From NCBI GenBank assembly GCA_032718475.1, contig JAUCBJ010000868.1, forward strand, positions 1-44,486: a stretch of DNA of 44,486 bases, read 5' to 3'. Shown here piece by piece: positions 12,542 to 26,100 of this stretch (the stretch's first letter is position 1; each line of letters begins with the position of its first letter). Made by a program: the position numbers and the translations under genes. The notes under the pieces were generated by a model, which saw nothing but the letters and a program-made list of their open reading frames with translations, made no database searches and was not told the DNA's origin. The stretch comes from Nemertoderma westbladi (Eukaryota > Animalia > Xenacoelomorpha).

Positions 12542-13678
12542 TGTAAAAGCTTTTGCGGACATAACAAGTCATTTTTTTCCGCAATGTACCATGCAGGTGC
12601 TTTAGCGGACATAACAAGTCATAGGTTGCCACAATGCGCCTAATACTCCAAAAAGACTGGAATTCAGATGACGAAATCTGTCAGCTGATTTACTGTAAAC
12701 GTGGAACCTCTCTTTGTTCTGCTAAGCCAATCAGAGCGATTTTCATTTTATGTTGGACAAGGGCCTATGTAAAACCGTGCAATGCATTACGGTCTTTGTT
12801 TACCTTTTCTGAGCCTCGGAACACCGGCTTAGAATTCTTCTGTGCTTCTGTAGAAGTTTCAGACTTTGGCCTAAACATCTCATCTGATGGCTTTGATTAC
12901 AAGAACGTAAAACTATTAACGATTCAACTACCGCATCACACCGCAATTCATGCATCACGCACATGGAACACTGCATAAGTAACACATACTGACTGTTCAC
13001 CACATTATTTGCTTCTGTTATTAATTGGTGTTATGTTAATGTATATTGCTGATATATTTGGAGAATACCGATGAATAATCATAAAACCCCACAATATTCT
13101 TGATTACTGAAGGTTAGAGGAACAGGTTTACCGGTAGCAACTGCGACTTACATTATACTGGTTTTTTGTGTGAATTAAATGCTATTTCATAATCCCTACA
13201 TGTGTCAGTTGCGATCCTCCTTATATATGATCAAATTCAGTGACCGTCGGCAGATCAGTGTGAAGTAGTGTGAAGCCGTGTGAAGTAGTGTGAAGGTTAA
13301 TAAAGCATCTCCTAAAGAATGCGCTTTTTACGAAACTCATTAGCCATCTAGTTGTGATTAGTATAAGTCATAACTCTGTTTTTATACTTAAAGCGCCACG
13401 TCCTAAAGGAACTGTTAATATTTCCCCGAAAGTAAATATATTGTCAGAGATTATATAGTAACGATCAATCGAATAATACAGTAGGTCTACACCGCAATCA
13501 CTATCAAAGCATCCGAATCCAGTCTTCCTTAACTGTGGGTGAATGGTCGCGCACAGACTGGCTTCGGCGGATGTAACTTCAGTACATTAAATAATTGGTC
13601 TAGGCTAAAGTCGATTTATAAACATAAAGACAACTAAAATTGGCAGGTTAAACTGCTAAAAGTCTAAAAGCGCGAACA
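12542..13678 (+). repeat. 3' LTR of element A (1137 bp)
   Basis: TG...CA termini, direct repeat of 763-1745, preceded by the PPT and followed by the TSD. Confidence 0.95.
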
Positions 13679-13683
13679 GTCTG

Positions 13684-14581
13684 TACTCCCAGATATTCCC
13701 ATTGGCGATATCTCCTTTGCAGAAGTGAAGGCTGCTGCAAAGAGCATTAAGACCAATCGTGCCAGTGGAGTAGATGGTGTTCCCCTTGAGGTCTTTAAAA
13801 TGCCTGAGTGTTTAAAGCTCATCTATCCCATCATAGTAGACATGTACCGAACAACAAGAGTCCCACAAGAAATGAAAACAAATAAGTTGGTGCCAGTTCC
13901 CAAGAAGGGCAACCTAACACTCTATGGTTCTTTTCGGGGAATCTCATTGATCTCGATTGCTGCAAAGCTATAAAATAGGATTCTATTAAATCGCATCAGG
14001 GATCCCATTGAGAGACTGCTCCGTGGAAATCAGAATGGGTTCCGTAAAGGTCGTGCGACCATGGAGCCCATTTTGGCACTTAGAAAGATAATTGAAGAAT
14101 TATCAAAAAAGAAAGACAAGCATCTGGCTGTTATCTTTGTTGACTTCTTCAAGGCCTTTGATTCAGTCTCTCGCTCACGTATGTTCAGCATACTTTCATT
14201 ATATGGGATTCCTGATGAAATTATTGCAGCAATCAGAACAGTATACGATGGTTCGACAACATTTGTGTCTACTGTTGACGGTGACACAGAACCATTTGAA
14301 ATGTTATGGGGCGTCCTCCAAGGAGACACACTTGCACCATTCTTGTTCATTATTGTGGTTGACTATGTTCTACGCATGTCCTTAGATCATCATAATGATG
14401 ATGGGGTGATGATAACTCCACCTACTGGCTCCAGAAGTCGAGGAAATCCTGCCAAGTACCTAACTGATCTAGACTTTGCTGATGACTTAGGAGTACTCTC
14501 AGAATCATTAGAGGGAGCCCAACAGCTCCTCAGCTCATTAGAACATGCTGTTTCTAGTGTTGGTCTTTTTATTAACTCCAG
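13684..14581 (+). mobile_element. RTE-clade LINE, piece 2 (reverse transcriptase core)
   Basis: RASGVDG, PVPKKG..FRGISL, QNGFRKGR, FVDFFKAFDSV, GVLQGDTLAPFLF, LDFADDL, VGLFINS. One in-frame stop at 13971. Confidence 0.95.
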
Positions 14582-14697
14582 TGTTCGCGCTTTCAGACCT
14601 TTGGCAGTTTAACCCGCCAAATTAAGATGTCTTCTAGATTGAGTTAATGGTGGTTGATTCATAGTATAAATATAATTAAATTTGTTGCGAGATTATA

Positions 14698-14754
14698 ACA
14701 GTATTGTAATATATTTCGTACCGACTGGCGGTGCTTCATCAGATATAGGTCTGT
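14698..14754 (-). ncRNA. Putative minimal type I hammerhead ribozyme (sense pLTR copy)
   Basis: Minus strand reads TATAT-CTGATGA-A-GCACCG-CCAGT-CGGTAC-GAAA-TATATT: both core boxes, stem II with one mismatch, palindromic TATA in place of stem III as in PLE hammerheads. Confidence 0.7.
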
Positions 14755-15084
14755 AGGTAGGTTAACAAAATACTAATGATAAGGGTACAATATAATAGAA
14801 AGGGAAACACATAAGTATGATTAATAATATTCAGATGTAAATACAGTAATTGTAATATTAACATAGCGATACTTCAGTACTTAGGCATTCTGAATTCTGA
14901 CTACGAGTACAGTGTAGGTATATAGCAGTAATGACACGGTAACTGTGGAACTGTATGATAAATCTAATATGATTAGGTCTGTTATAATTGTATTGTATGT
15001 ACAGTATAAAGTTGATGAAGCATGAAGAGTTATACAGTATGTATCTTTAACTAATTTTATGCATTATGAAAACTAATAGTTTCT

Positions 15085-15257
15085 TATCCTAAATTAATAA
15101 ATGCTAATTTGTTATATCCTAAATTAATAAATGCTAATATGTCATATCCTAAATTAATAAATGCTAATTTGTCATATCCTAAATTAATAAATGCTATTTG
15201 TTATATCCTAAAATTAATAAATACTAATATGTCATATCCTAAATTAATAAATGCTAC
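15085..15257. repeat. 30-bp minisatellite, ~6 copies, in the PLE 3' UTR
   Basis: TATCCTAAATTAATAAATGCTAAT(A/T)TGTCA repeated; this produces the spurious YPKLINA ORF. Confidence 0.95.
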
Positions 15258-15309
15258 TATTTTATTATATAGTTATTGTAACCTCCCCCTCCCCTATTTT
15301 TTTTTTGTG

Positions 15310-15535
15310 TTAGTGTGTATGTTTTTTGTGGTTCTGTGCCCTGTTATAGAAATCTTGGATACCGCGTAGAAATGGTACGAATATTGAAGATACGTTCACT
15401 GATAATCTACCGTTAATTACTTTGTCACCTCCTTCTTTTATAAATAAACTTTCTAGAATTCTTCGTCTTAAAGTGTGGTTTAGTCCTCTGTGCAGTATTT
15501 TGGAGTTATTAAAGTCGGGTGTGTGTTGTGATGTT
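15310..15535 (-). pseudogene. Penelope GIY-YIG endonuclease C-terminal fragment
   Basis: Hand translation: QHTPDFNNSKILHRGLNHTLRRRILESLFIKEGGDKVINGRLSVNVSSIFVPFL...*, fitting the PLE H-x-x-D-F-x-N-x-K-I-L...R-x-I-L-E-S-x-x-I...I-N pattern. Not in the ORF track. Confidence 0.8.
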
Positions 15536-15640
15536 TACATAATAATAATAATATTTACATCTGAATATTATTAATCATACTTATGTGTTTCCCTTTCTAT
15601 TATATTGTACCCTTATCATTAGTATTTTGTTAACCTACCT

Positions 15641-15697
15641 ACAGACCTATATCTGATGAAGCACCGCCAGTCGGTACGAAATATATTATAATACTGT
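15641..15697 (+). ncRNA. Putative minimal type I hammerhead ribozyme (inverted pLTR copy)
   Basis: CTGATGA at 15653, GAAA at 15678, with stem II between them. Confidence 0.7.
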
Positions 15698-16970
15698 TAT
15701 AATCTCGCAACAAATTTAATTATATTTATGTCTTCTAGATATTAAATCGCTTTTTAGCCTATGACAAGTATTTGATTCACTACACTAGTCGAAACCAATC
15801 TGTGCGCGATCATTCACCCGCTGGATATTCCCGGGAGATTGGGTTCGACGGTTTAATTTTATTGCTATGTAAGCCTAATGTATTATTCGACTGACAGTAT
15901 TATATAATCTCTGACAATATTATTCACCTTCGGGAATATTAACAGTTCCTTTAGGACGTAGCGCTTTATCTATATAAACAGAGTTATGACTTAAACTACT
16001 CACAACGATATGGCTTAATTATAATTCACATATATGGCGCATTCTTTAGGAATTGCTTCTTTAACAGACTCACTCATACACAATGCTGCACAATACTGCA
16101 CACTAATCTGCCAATCTTCACTGATTTTAGTCACATATAAAAGGAACACAGACTGACTCATGTAGGGTCTATCAAATAACATTAGATTCACTTCAAACCA
16201 CTTTAACATAAGTCACAATCGTTATTGGTAACCTTTCTCTCTTACCTTCGGTATATCAAGAATATTGGGTTTTCGGGGTTATTTCTCGTTATTCCAATAT
16301 AATAATTCATCAACAAATATAATGAATAACCGACAACAAATAGCAGTATACAGTATCGATTGAGCAGGTAAATTTTAGCAGTTTCAGCAGTTATTAAAAG
16401 CCGTGTGTCAGCAGGTATTATGCAGCAGTGACTACTGCAGTTAAAGGATATATGTCCTTATAATTAAACCTACTAGTGTTGGACTAAAAAGCAGAAAACA
16501 CAAAACACTACAAAGCCGTTCTTTCGTGGCTTTGAAAAACTCGTGACTACTGCTCTATACGAGGATACCAACTACCCTTATTCCACGAAGCTCCCGTTCA
16601 ACACAGAGAAAGAGCAGTGAGATAGGAAAATTTCAGTTCAGTAGCTCTGTGATAGGTCAAAATCAAGGCTAACTCAAATTCTATTGGGAGATACAAAAAC
16701 AAGGCTATGACGCAACCTTCCTAGGCTAGTTGGCCGATTAAACAGAGCCCAGATGCCTGCGTACAGCAAATCAGCCAATAAGCTGGTAGCTTGCACTATT
16801 TTAGCTATCGATCCCCTTTTAGAGTATTCAGCGACTGGGGGGGAACTGGTTAGCAAGGCAAACGAATCAGTTATCCCACAAAAGCTTTTACACCGCTCCC
16901 AGAAAATGGGATTTAAGTCTATAAAATATACAAAATCACAATTTCTAATATACATAAATACTCTAAACAG

Positions 16971-18486
16971 TTAGTCTTTCTTGCGCGGACGGCGTTTACG
17001 CAGTTTTTTGAGGCTAGCAAGAGTCTTTTTCTCTTTGGGGGGAGCCACTTTACTAGGAGGGCCATAACTCCTGGGTGAAGGGTGCAATATGATTGCATTA
17101 AAAGGTTTGGGTTTACGGTCGGTGTCTCGTCCATTTCGATATGCTTCTCCTCGAGCTGATTTTCCTCCGCTTGTCATGGGATACGTTCGTCCAAAACTCT
17201 CGCAGAGAATAGGGTTTTCTAAGCTTGATATCTTCTTTGAGATTCGAGGTTTCCCAATCGAACTGAGATAAGGCCAATTTGTTTATCGATTGGACTTACT
17301 GTTATAACTTACGTTTATCTGAACAAACGCAGGTTTCTTTTTTGATCTTTATAGAATAGCATTTAACTCGTTTCGTACAACGCTCTCCTTCACCTTGATG
17401 AAGGGTTGTATCGCGTTAAACGGGACGACCATACGGTTGGATAGTGATATTAGGTGTCTGCGTTATAATCCAGCTAGGTAAGATGGGCGGCTAGCTAGAA
17501 ATCACTGTCGGAGTGTTACCGATTAATTGTTAGGGTAGCACTAGATCTTGAACAGTGAATACCGTCCGCGAGGATCCGCGACACCACCAGGATCGCAGGT
17601 CTGAGGTCCAACTAAGGAATAAGGAGGTTTGACCGAGTATTCCGGGACTCTGATCGTAGGTTTACTCTAGGATCGTTAGAGCCGAGTGAGCATAGGTGAT
17701 ACGTCAAACAAGTTTCGCTCGAAACTCCAGTGAATATAACGAACACAACTGTGTTTAACAAAACGTTTCCGTGGATGTTTATGTCTTTCCGTTTATTGGC
17801 TGGGTCTAGGGCATTTACCGTAATAATACCCAAAAACGTACGTCTTGTAGGGGAAATGCGAGTGATCTTTCTCCAGCTTACAATATTCCTCCATCCGTTC
17901 GAAGCTATTCGGTACAACAGGTAGCGGTCGATCGGCGGTAAGATACATCATAGGGGAATCGAGCCGTTTGAGTTCTACCATGCGGTCATGATGTATACCT
18001 TGAGGATATCGAGTTTCTAGATTTTGTTGACTGGCAATATTGAGATATGTTTCTATCAGGAATTCCAGATAATCGTTGAAGTCGCTGCGTTTATCCGGCT
18101 CCTCAACGTCTTCTCTTTCGAGTCTGTTTCGAATAGAATTCTCGTGTTCCATTCTCGGTTTATCGTTCCGCCTCCGCTGGGTAGGATATTTCAATCGTAC
18201 CATTTCCCTTTTGGTGTCGACATTGTCCGTATCGTGTAAATCGATAGGATGATCAGTAGTTAAGAAGCCCATATACGTACCATTACGCTGCGTATATCGA
18301 GCAGCGAATTTTCTATAGTCCAACTCGCGCGAGCTGCTCTTGGGACATTGGCGGTTCGATATAACGACCATCGTCCTCCGCAGCAGTTGGACTAACGTCG
18401 CCGCGTATTAAGCTATCAACAAACGCTGGTAAAAGTAGAGTATATCGCTCCCCGATACCAAGACCATCTTCTATCAACTCCGTCAT
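16971..18486 (-). pseudogene. Accessory coding cassette (ORF2/ORF3) of element B, frameshifted and partly deleted
   Basis: MTELIEDGLGIGERYTL..., RELDYRKFAARYTQRNGTYM...YYYGKCPRP and MTSGGKSARGEAYRNGR...KKLRKRRPRKKD are homologous to 10425-12463. Confidence 0.8.
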
Positions 18487-20154
18487 ATCTGCTATATATG
18501 AGTTTATCCATATTATAATGAGTTTATATTTAGGCGAGCGGGCGTCGCTGCCTACCCCAATCAACCCCCGGACAGTACGAGATCCTCAGCGCCGATGTGT
18601 CGTCGCCGCTGTACTTTCGACAACGACGTAGCCGCACAACGACAACGACAACCGGCACAAGTCACTCGACTGTCCGTCCCAAAGGCTCCCAAAAGGGTCC
18701 CAAAAATGTACTTCAGGTTTTCCTTGGAGAGTTAGGTTACTTTTACGATTGCGACTAGCTACTGTAAACACACCTTAGCAGTAACATTCACCTATAAACT
18801 CACAAATACCACACACACAACTTGTCACAAATTACACACATTCGGGCCATTTGTCCGTTAGTCAATGCCTTCCAGAATGTCACTGCATTATTATGTATCC
18901 TTGGATACTAGTAGTGCGCTATTTATTCCCTATGCTATTCAATGGGACAAGCTTTCTATTGTTCTTTTAACTCAATTCTAATTCTAGCGTGGTTGTTGCT
19001 ATGGTGACATTATGTAAAGCTAGCGGTAGAATTAGGGTAATTTCCAATGCATACAGATCTGGGATGTTATTTAATAGTAATTCTTTAATAGTCAATGTCC
19101 TGTTTATACATGACTTTATGAATTTTATCGGCTATTGACTATGTTTGGGAGACTTTCGTACACGCATACGCATAATAATATAAATCTCCGCTCCCTTGAT
19201 CTATTAATTAATGGAATTTTGGGGATGTTATAAATTGCGTGAAATGGCAATTTATTAAATTCATTAAAAGACATGAATTTAAATTTATTCCCTGAAATTT
19301 TATTATTTGATAATTAAATTGACATATTTTGATTCTAGAACATGTCTAGGGACACAAGATCCTTAATTCTAAGAAAATTGTCTCTTTAAGAATATCGGTA
19401 AATGCTACGATATCTTAATTGACTAGAATTGTTGAAGGATCTGAATTTTACAAATTTTGACTTATTTGATTTGTAAATATTAACTAATTAATATTTGAGA
19501 TGGGCACCGATTTATTCCAGAACTTGTCTGGGGACGTTAACCACTGATTCTATAATTTGTCTTTCAAGTATATCGGTGGGTGCCACGATATCTTAATCGA
19601 CTAGAATTACAGATGGTCAAAGGGTTTAACAGATTTATTTTGCGTTATACGCTACTGTTAAAGGGACATCACGCTACTATATGTATTATTTAATATACGG
19701 TATGAGAGCAATATCGCACGAAGCAATGTCAGTGTGAAGAGGCAAGTCGTTTCCAAGGTCTACCCAGAGCTTGGTTTAGCCGAGACACGAGGATCTGAAC
19801 TTTGCATTCCTAATACTCTGCCTACCAATAATACTTGAATATAGTAGTGGCTTTATTGTACTTTAATAAGTACGGACATTTCATCTTACCGTAGTTACGT
19901 ATTTATAATATAATACGGACAGTAAGGAAAGAAAAAAATTAATTATTTCTTCGCCGTCGCACTAAATATAATATAAGTAATTACGTACGTAATAAACACG
20001 AATATATTGCACTATTCTACTAAATAATCGCTAAATAATATTCTACTAAATTAAATAAAACGATTATAATAAAATTACATAGTAATACATACATAAATAT
20101 AAAAATAATAAAATAATATAAAATAATAGAGTCACACGCCCACTCCGAACGATA

Positions 20155-23100
20155 TTAAGTTGGGGAGTCCCTAGATGTCGGTTGGATTAGGGAAGTGGTC
20201 GTGGGAAGAGTTTCTTGCCTTCCATAGTTTCCGGAGAGCTCTCTGTCTCTTTCCAGTAAACATAAACGACCCACTGGGCGATTGAGCTGTTGAGTCTCAA
20301 AGACTATCCCTGGTTTCTTAAAGTTCCGCCGCATGACGACGAGCTCTACTGATCTCACCAAACCATCGCTCGAGATATAAGTCTCGATGATACGTCCTGT
20401 TGGCCATCGCTTGCGTGGGAGATCGGGGTCCACAATAAGCACCATGTCTCCAGCGCTGACGTTTTCTTGCTGCGCAAACCACTTAGTTCGAAGTTGTAGA
20501 GTGGGCAGGTAATGTTTCTCGAAATGGTCAGCGAAACGACGGGATAGCAACTGCATAAGTTGCCAGGTTCGACGACAGTACTCGTCTCCGTCTGTGATCT
20601 CCGATCGTGGGAGCATGGCTACGGGCTTCTTCAGTAGAAAGTGCGCGGGTGTTAGCGCTTCCAGGGAATCAGGATTTGAAGAGACTGGCATAAGCGGTCT
20701 TTCGTTGAGATAGGCGGCGATTTCCTCCATTAACGTCCGCAATAGTTCGTCGGTGAGATAAGCGCGACAAGGCACAATAAAGTGGAACGCAGTCTTCACG
20801 CTCCTAATCAATCTCTCCCAACTTCCTCCCCACCAAGGGGCGTCGGCGGCGTTGAAGGTCCAGCTAGACGCTGTTATCTTTAGCTGATCGTCCACCTGTC
20901 TTTTGTTCCAGTCCTTCACGTAAGCTTGAATTTCGTTGTTGGCGCCAATGAAGTTCGTTCCCTTATCCGATCTCATCGTGTTACTGGTTCCGAAGCGAGC
21001 GATCTGTCGTCGTAAACTCAACACGAAGCTGTTGGTGGATAGATCGTTTACCATATCGAGATGGATAGCTCTACAAGTCATACAAACGAAGATGACACAC
21101 CATCTCTTGACTATAGTCCGGGCACGATATACTTCAATAGGGCCAAATAAATCCACACCGGTATTAGTAAAGGGTGGTTCATAGAAGCTTACTCTTTCCC
21201 TAGGTAATTCTGCCTCTCGCTGTGTTAAAGGCCTACTGAATGCTTTCCTACAGGGTATGCAGTTCCTAAGAACTTGGTTCAGAGCCCTACGGGGTTTATA
21301 AAAATAGTAGCGAGTTCGAATTTCGCTCAGAACTCGTTCTCTACCAGCATGGTACAGTTTGCTATGAACATCTACAATTATCTTGATTTGTATGTCAAGA
21401 TTTCTAATGAGTATGGGAAACTTAGTGTCAAAGGATAATGGGGCGTTGGTTAGCCGACCCCCAACACGTATTAACCCATCTATCATGGTACTAGAGAAGC
21501 GATCCCTTAAGCGCATCTGTGGATTTCTTAACAACAGGAAATACTTATCGGAATCCTCATAGCATTGTAGGAGTCTCAGCATCTGTTTGTTGGTTTCATC
21601 ATGCTCCTGGTAACTGATCTTCTCCTTTAGAAACCTGTCGGATACCTTGTATTGGGGAAGATCTTTAACAACATGGACTCGTGCAGATGTTGATGGAGCA
21701 TCATCACTATTGGTCTTTGTTCCGGAGTAACGATGATGAAAACATCGTTTCAAATAGGTAACAGCTTTACAGAGCCGATTCCAGGAACTGTAGTGACGTA
21801 TCGCTCTCTGCAAGAGAGGTGAGAGTCCTTGCGAAATATCTGGTATTCCAGATTTCCAATCCTTGTCACGGATTTCCAAGACTTCTTTAGTCGTGGCGGT
21901 GGGTTTCTGATCCAAAGCATCCTCTCCGGAAGTAAATAATACAGATAGATCAACCGCAGGTTTAAACAACTTCGATTTACTCGCTCGAGTTTTGGGTTTA
22001 ACTTTCTCCGCTCCCTTGGCCTGTCTGATCTCTGCTGTTGTGAGATGGGGAGGCCATTCTTCTTCTTCCCTGTAGAGAAAGTCGGGTCCTCCTAACCATT
22101 CGGGAGTATTTACCAATTCCTTTGGAGTCGCTCCTCGGGACGCGATGTCTGCTGGATTAATCGTTCCGGGGCAATGTCTCCATTGGTCCATCGTCGTGCG
22201 ACTAAGTATGATGGCTACCCTGTTGGTAACGAAGACGCTGAACTGACAGACTTCATTGGTTATATACTCTAACACGAGTAAAGCGTCGGTCCAATAGACA
22301 GTTTTCTCTAATGGATAGTCAATCTGTTCGGTTACATTCCGGCCGATGGCTGTAGCGTATAGAGCCGCTTTTAACTCCGCTCGAGGAACTTTCAACTTGT
22401 TGTTGATTAATGCCTTAGAAGTAACCAAGGCGACTTTGATTCCATCCGGAGTTTCCACTCTTAGGTAGGCTACTATACCGATTCCCATATCGCTGGCGTC
22501 TCCAAACACATGGAGTTGATAGGAATACGTAGGGAGAACATGACCAAAATATGAACGGGAAATTATAAAATCTTCGATAGCTGGCAGAGAATCTTCCCAT
22601 TTCATCCACTGCTTCAATAATTCTCCCTTAAGTGGATCGTCCCATGAGTGGTTTTCAAGCCACATTTGTTGTACCAAACTACGAGCAATCAATATAACTG
22701 GGCTAATAAATCCCAATGGATCGAAATAAGTGCTCAGTATACTTAAGCAAATCCGTTTGGTTCGAACTGGATTATCTCGCTGTTTTAGCTGGAAAAACAG
22801 GATATCTCGCTCTGTGTCCCATTTCAAGCCGAGTGTCTTGGTCTCTGGCAGATCATCTTTGATCAAATCGAGATCTTTCGCTCCTCGATCTTCCGCAGGG
22901 ATCGACTCCAGAAACTCACGGGAGTTGCTGGTGAATTTGGTTAATCGAAATCCACCTCTTTTTAAGCACTCTACCGTTCCCTTAGCGACCTCAATGGCTT
23001 CCTCAACTGATGGGAGGGACTTCAGATTGTCGTCCATGTATATGTCTCTCTTGATGTTGTCGATCACTTCCTTAGAGAAGGCCTCTCGGTTGTCCTCTGC

Positions 23101-26100
23101 AGTGGTACGCACTACCGAACAGGCGTTGGAAGGGCTTGAGATTATCCCAAAGGCCTGGATGGTCATCCAGTACTCCACCGGTTTCTGGTTGAGGTCTCCT
23201 TCGGGCCACCACAGAAATCGTAGACTATCTCGATCCCTATCTAACACCTTGACTTGTAAGAACATGCCTTCTATATCGGAGGCGAAAGCAATCGAATATT
23301 GTCTCAATCTTAAAAGAATTCCCAACAAAGATTGAAGTAAGTTGGGTCCGGGTAACAATTCAGAGTTAAGGGATTGACCCATGTAAAGAGCGGAGCCATC
23401 AAACACTACTCTCACTTCATGTGGCTTACCGGGTTTAGGAACGTAATGGTGAGTTAAGTAATACGTTCTTTCAGTCACAGGTGTTTCTTCCGGTACTCTC
23501 TCCGCGTATCCCTTACCAATAAATTTTTTCAGCTGTGTTTGATACATTGCTTTAGCTGAAGAATTAGCCGTAAGGCGTCGATGGAGTTGCGCGATTCTTT
23601 TTTCCGCCAAAGGTCTGTTATTGATGAACTTCGGTTCTCTCTTGCGAAAAGGTAAACCGACTTCGTACCTTCCTTGATCTTTGAGGAAACGTGTAGTTGT
23701 CTCTTGGATCTGCTTGGCCCTTTCCTCTTCCACCGACAAGGCTTTATCGTAGGAATTGGGCTCTACCGCCTCTTGCGTAAAGAATCGTACAGCATGTTCA
23801 TCTCGAGTCTTGGCATTGCAACGCTCAATGACGTCATTTAACTCGTCGTTATAAGCTTCTCGTTCAGATGGATAGAGAAGTTGACATAAGTTAACTTGGT
23901 TTTGCCAAGCCTCGTTTTCCTTAAGGAGATCGATGGTATTCTCCTCATCAAAAAGCTGGTGAACGTCGTCGTTATCTGAGGAGTATGGAATTCCCTCAGT
24001 TGAATCGTCTCCTTCACTAGTATCATCTTCCCATTCACTCACCTGGCAAACTCGCTCTTGCGGTAGTCTTTCTCTGAGTGTTCTACGGGAAGGGCCAGTA
24101 AAGTACCAACCTACTCTAGTTCTTACCGCATAGGTCTGTAGTGGCTGCGGTTGAGCAGGCCGTTTCTCTAATGTCTCCAGCGCCTCATGCGCGTTTTGGC
24201 CGATGAGTATTTGCACTCCAGGATAATCAGTCTGGAATCGAGGTATGTTAAGATGTTGGATGCTCTCATCCTCGTCCCAATTATAAAGGTCTGCTTGAGT
24301 AGTAGCGAAGTTCTTTATAGCCACCATTTTCACTGACCTTATGCTGTGTTCTCCTAGTTCGTCTTGTGGGGTGGACAACGCGCCTACATAATAATCAGCT
24401 GTTATTGTAGATTTCCAAACTTGCATAATGCCAGACATGTTGAGCTTAGTTTGGAACTTGGGCTGTCCAGCAAATATATCTTCGGCTAGCTCTTTATCGA
24501 TGAATGTTCCTGTACTACCGGAGTCAAGGAGGGCGTTCACTACATAACTCCTCTCAGGTCCGTGAACCCTTACTTGCACCACAGGAAACTCTCGGATCCC
24601 TACATTGGAAGATGGCTCTTTCCAAGATGGTTGTCGCTCAGAAGTAGTTAGAGTAAAGTCGTTGTCTGTATCTTTTTCATATGTGAGTGCTCGATACACT
24701 GCGGTATTTATCATGTAACAGGATTCGTTTTCGTCGGAGAACTCGTCTGTATAGAATCCTTCCATCTCAGATTGATCAGTGTCGTTCACATCACTGAATT
24801 GGACATGTAGCTCGGAATCACTTACCTGATTCGGACTATTTCGATCGAATTCAGCGTGCAACAAGATATGATGTTTCGCACCACACTTTGCACACCTTAT
24901 GTCAGAGAAACAGGTACGCCGTTGGTGTCCTTGTCTGAGGCAATTATAACATAACCGCTTATCCCACATGACTTCACGTCTCTCAGCTAATGATTTCTTC
25001 AGGAATTCATCACACATATTCAAACGGTGGGTCCCGTCACATAGCGCACATTTCGGTTTGATGTTACTCACCTTACTCTGAGTCACATTGTGTACACTTG
25101 CTTTGTCTTCGGGCTTTCTCACCTGAATTCTCTTGGGAGACGTAGGAGGAGTTTTTCTTACCTGTTCTCTCCTGTCATTTGTTCGAGACTTGAATTTACT
25201 CACCTGATCTTTAGGCATTTTATTCACGTAATAAGATCTATCGGTGTCCTTCCCGCTATCTTCTCCTTGAGAAGTCTGGCTTTCGCCTTCGTCTGTATAA
25301 CACACTGGTGTTATCTTTCTCCTAGAGACGGGTTTTTCACTTACCTTGTTTTCCGGTGTCTTCTCTCTGGACAGTTTCAGGAGCTGTAATTTCACTTCTC
25401 CATCTAGGAATGACATGAGATCAGACATGGTAGGGTCTCTTTGTTGTTGTTCCATCATATATAACACTTTCTTATCCCAGCGTGTGCCTACCCCACCTTT
25501 CGGTAAAGTAGAAGCCACAGCTCCAATGACCATAGAACTTTGGTATTCATGAGACTTACCTAACCAATCTAATTGTCTACAGATCTCTTGAATCTCATCG
25601 GAAAACTCTATTATCCCACTGCTGATGAACTTTCTGGGCGCTACTAATTTTGCATATAAATACTTAGCGATATTATTCCTATTAACATACCTGATGTTTA
25701 GTGTGTCCCAAACTTGTCTTAATCCGTCTGGATGTCCAATAAACTTTAACGCCATTAACTTGGGAGATCCTTCCAAGCACTCGATGAGGAATCTAAGTTT
25801 CTCTCCATTAGACAGTACAGAGTTCTGTATGTTATCTTTGTAATATTCATTAAAAGGTAACCATTTCATCTCATCTCCATTGAACTTGACGATCTCTCCA
25901 ACCTTTACCGCTTGCCGGGCTTCGGTTCTAGCCATTTGACGCGTAAAACTTTCTTGGGCCATCGTGTTATTTAATATCGAGTTATCGGTATATAAATTTC
26001 TCGGATTATGATCCGGTCTATAGGGAATATCATTATCAACAGGTCTATAATTACCCTTAATAGGGTTCACTATAGGAGTTTCTACTTCGCTAGCAGTATA

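Larger units (their letters stand above)
763..13678 (+). mobile_element. BEL/Pao LTR retrotransposon A (non-autonomous, internally deleted)
   Basis: Starts TGTAAAAGC, ends GCGCGAACA, with a 5-bp TSD GTCTG at 758-762 and 13679-13683. Direct LTRs present; gag, protease and RNase H remnants are colinear with the 2683-aa ORF of element B. Confidence 0.95.
14640..15727 (-). mobile_element. 5'-truncated Penelope-like element with inverted pseudo-LTR
   Basis: TSD ATGTCTTCTAGAT (14627-14639 and 15728-15740). ~178-bp inverted repeats at ~14666-14843 and ~15552-15729, with a ~26-bp tail on one side. Contains a GIY-YIG C-terminal coding remnant and hammerhead cores. Confidence 0.88.
14582..16892 (-). 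repeat. 3' LTR of element B, interrupted by a Penelope-like insertion
   Basis: Removing 14640-15727 and one 13-bp TSD copy gives 1210 bp, the length of the 5' LTR. About 5 substitutions seen by eye. Confidence 0.95.

Noticed and set aside
12634-12978. 114-aa ORF inside the LTR of element A
   Set aside because: Broken by stops in the 5' LTR copy and not conserved in the B LTR.
15085-15369. 30-bp repeats as a CRISPR array or repeat protein
   Set aside because: Head-to-tail units with no spacers, in a eukaryotic context; the ORF is a repeat artefact.
14666-15729. Inverted repeats as TIRs of a DNA transposon
   Set aside because: The asymmetric tail, 13-bp TSD, hammerhead cores and GIY-YIG remnant fit a Penelope-like element better.
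22730-23335. 201-aa plus-strand ORF
   Set aside because: Antisense to the RT domain, with no recognisable motifs.
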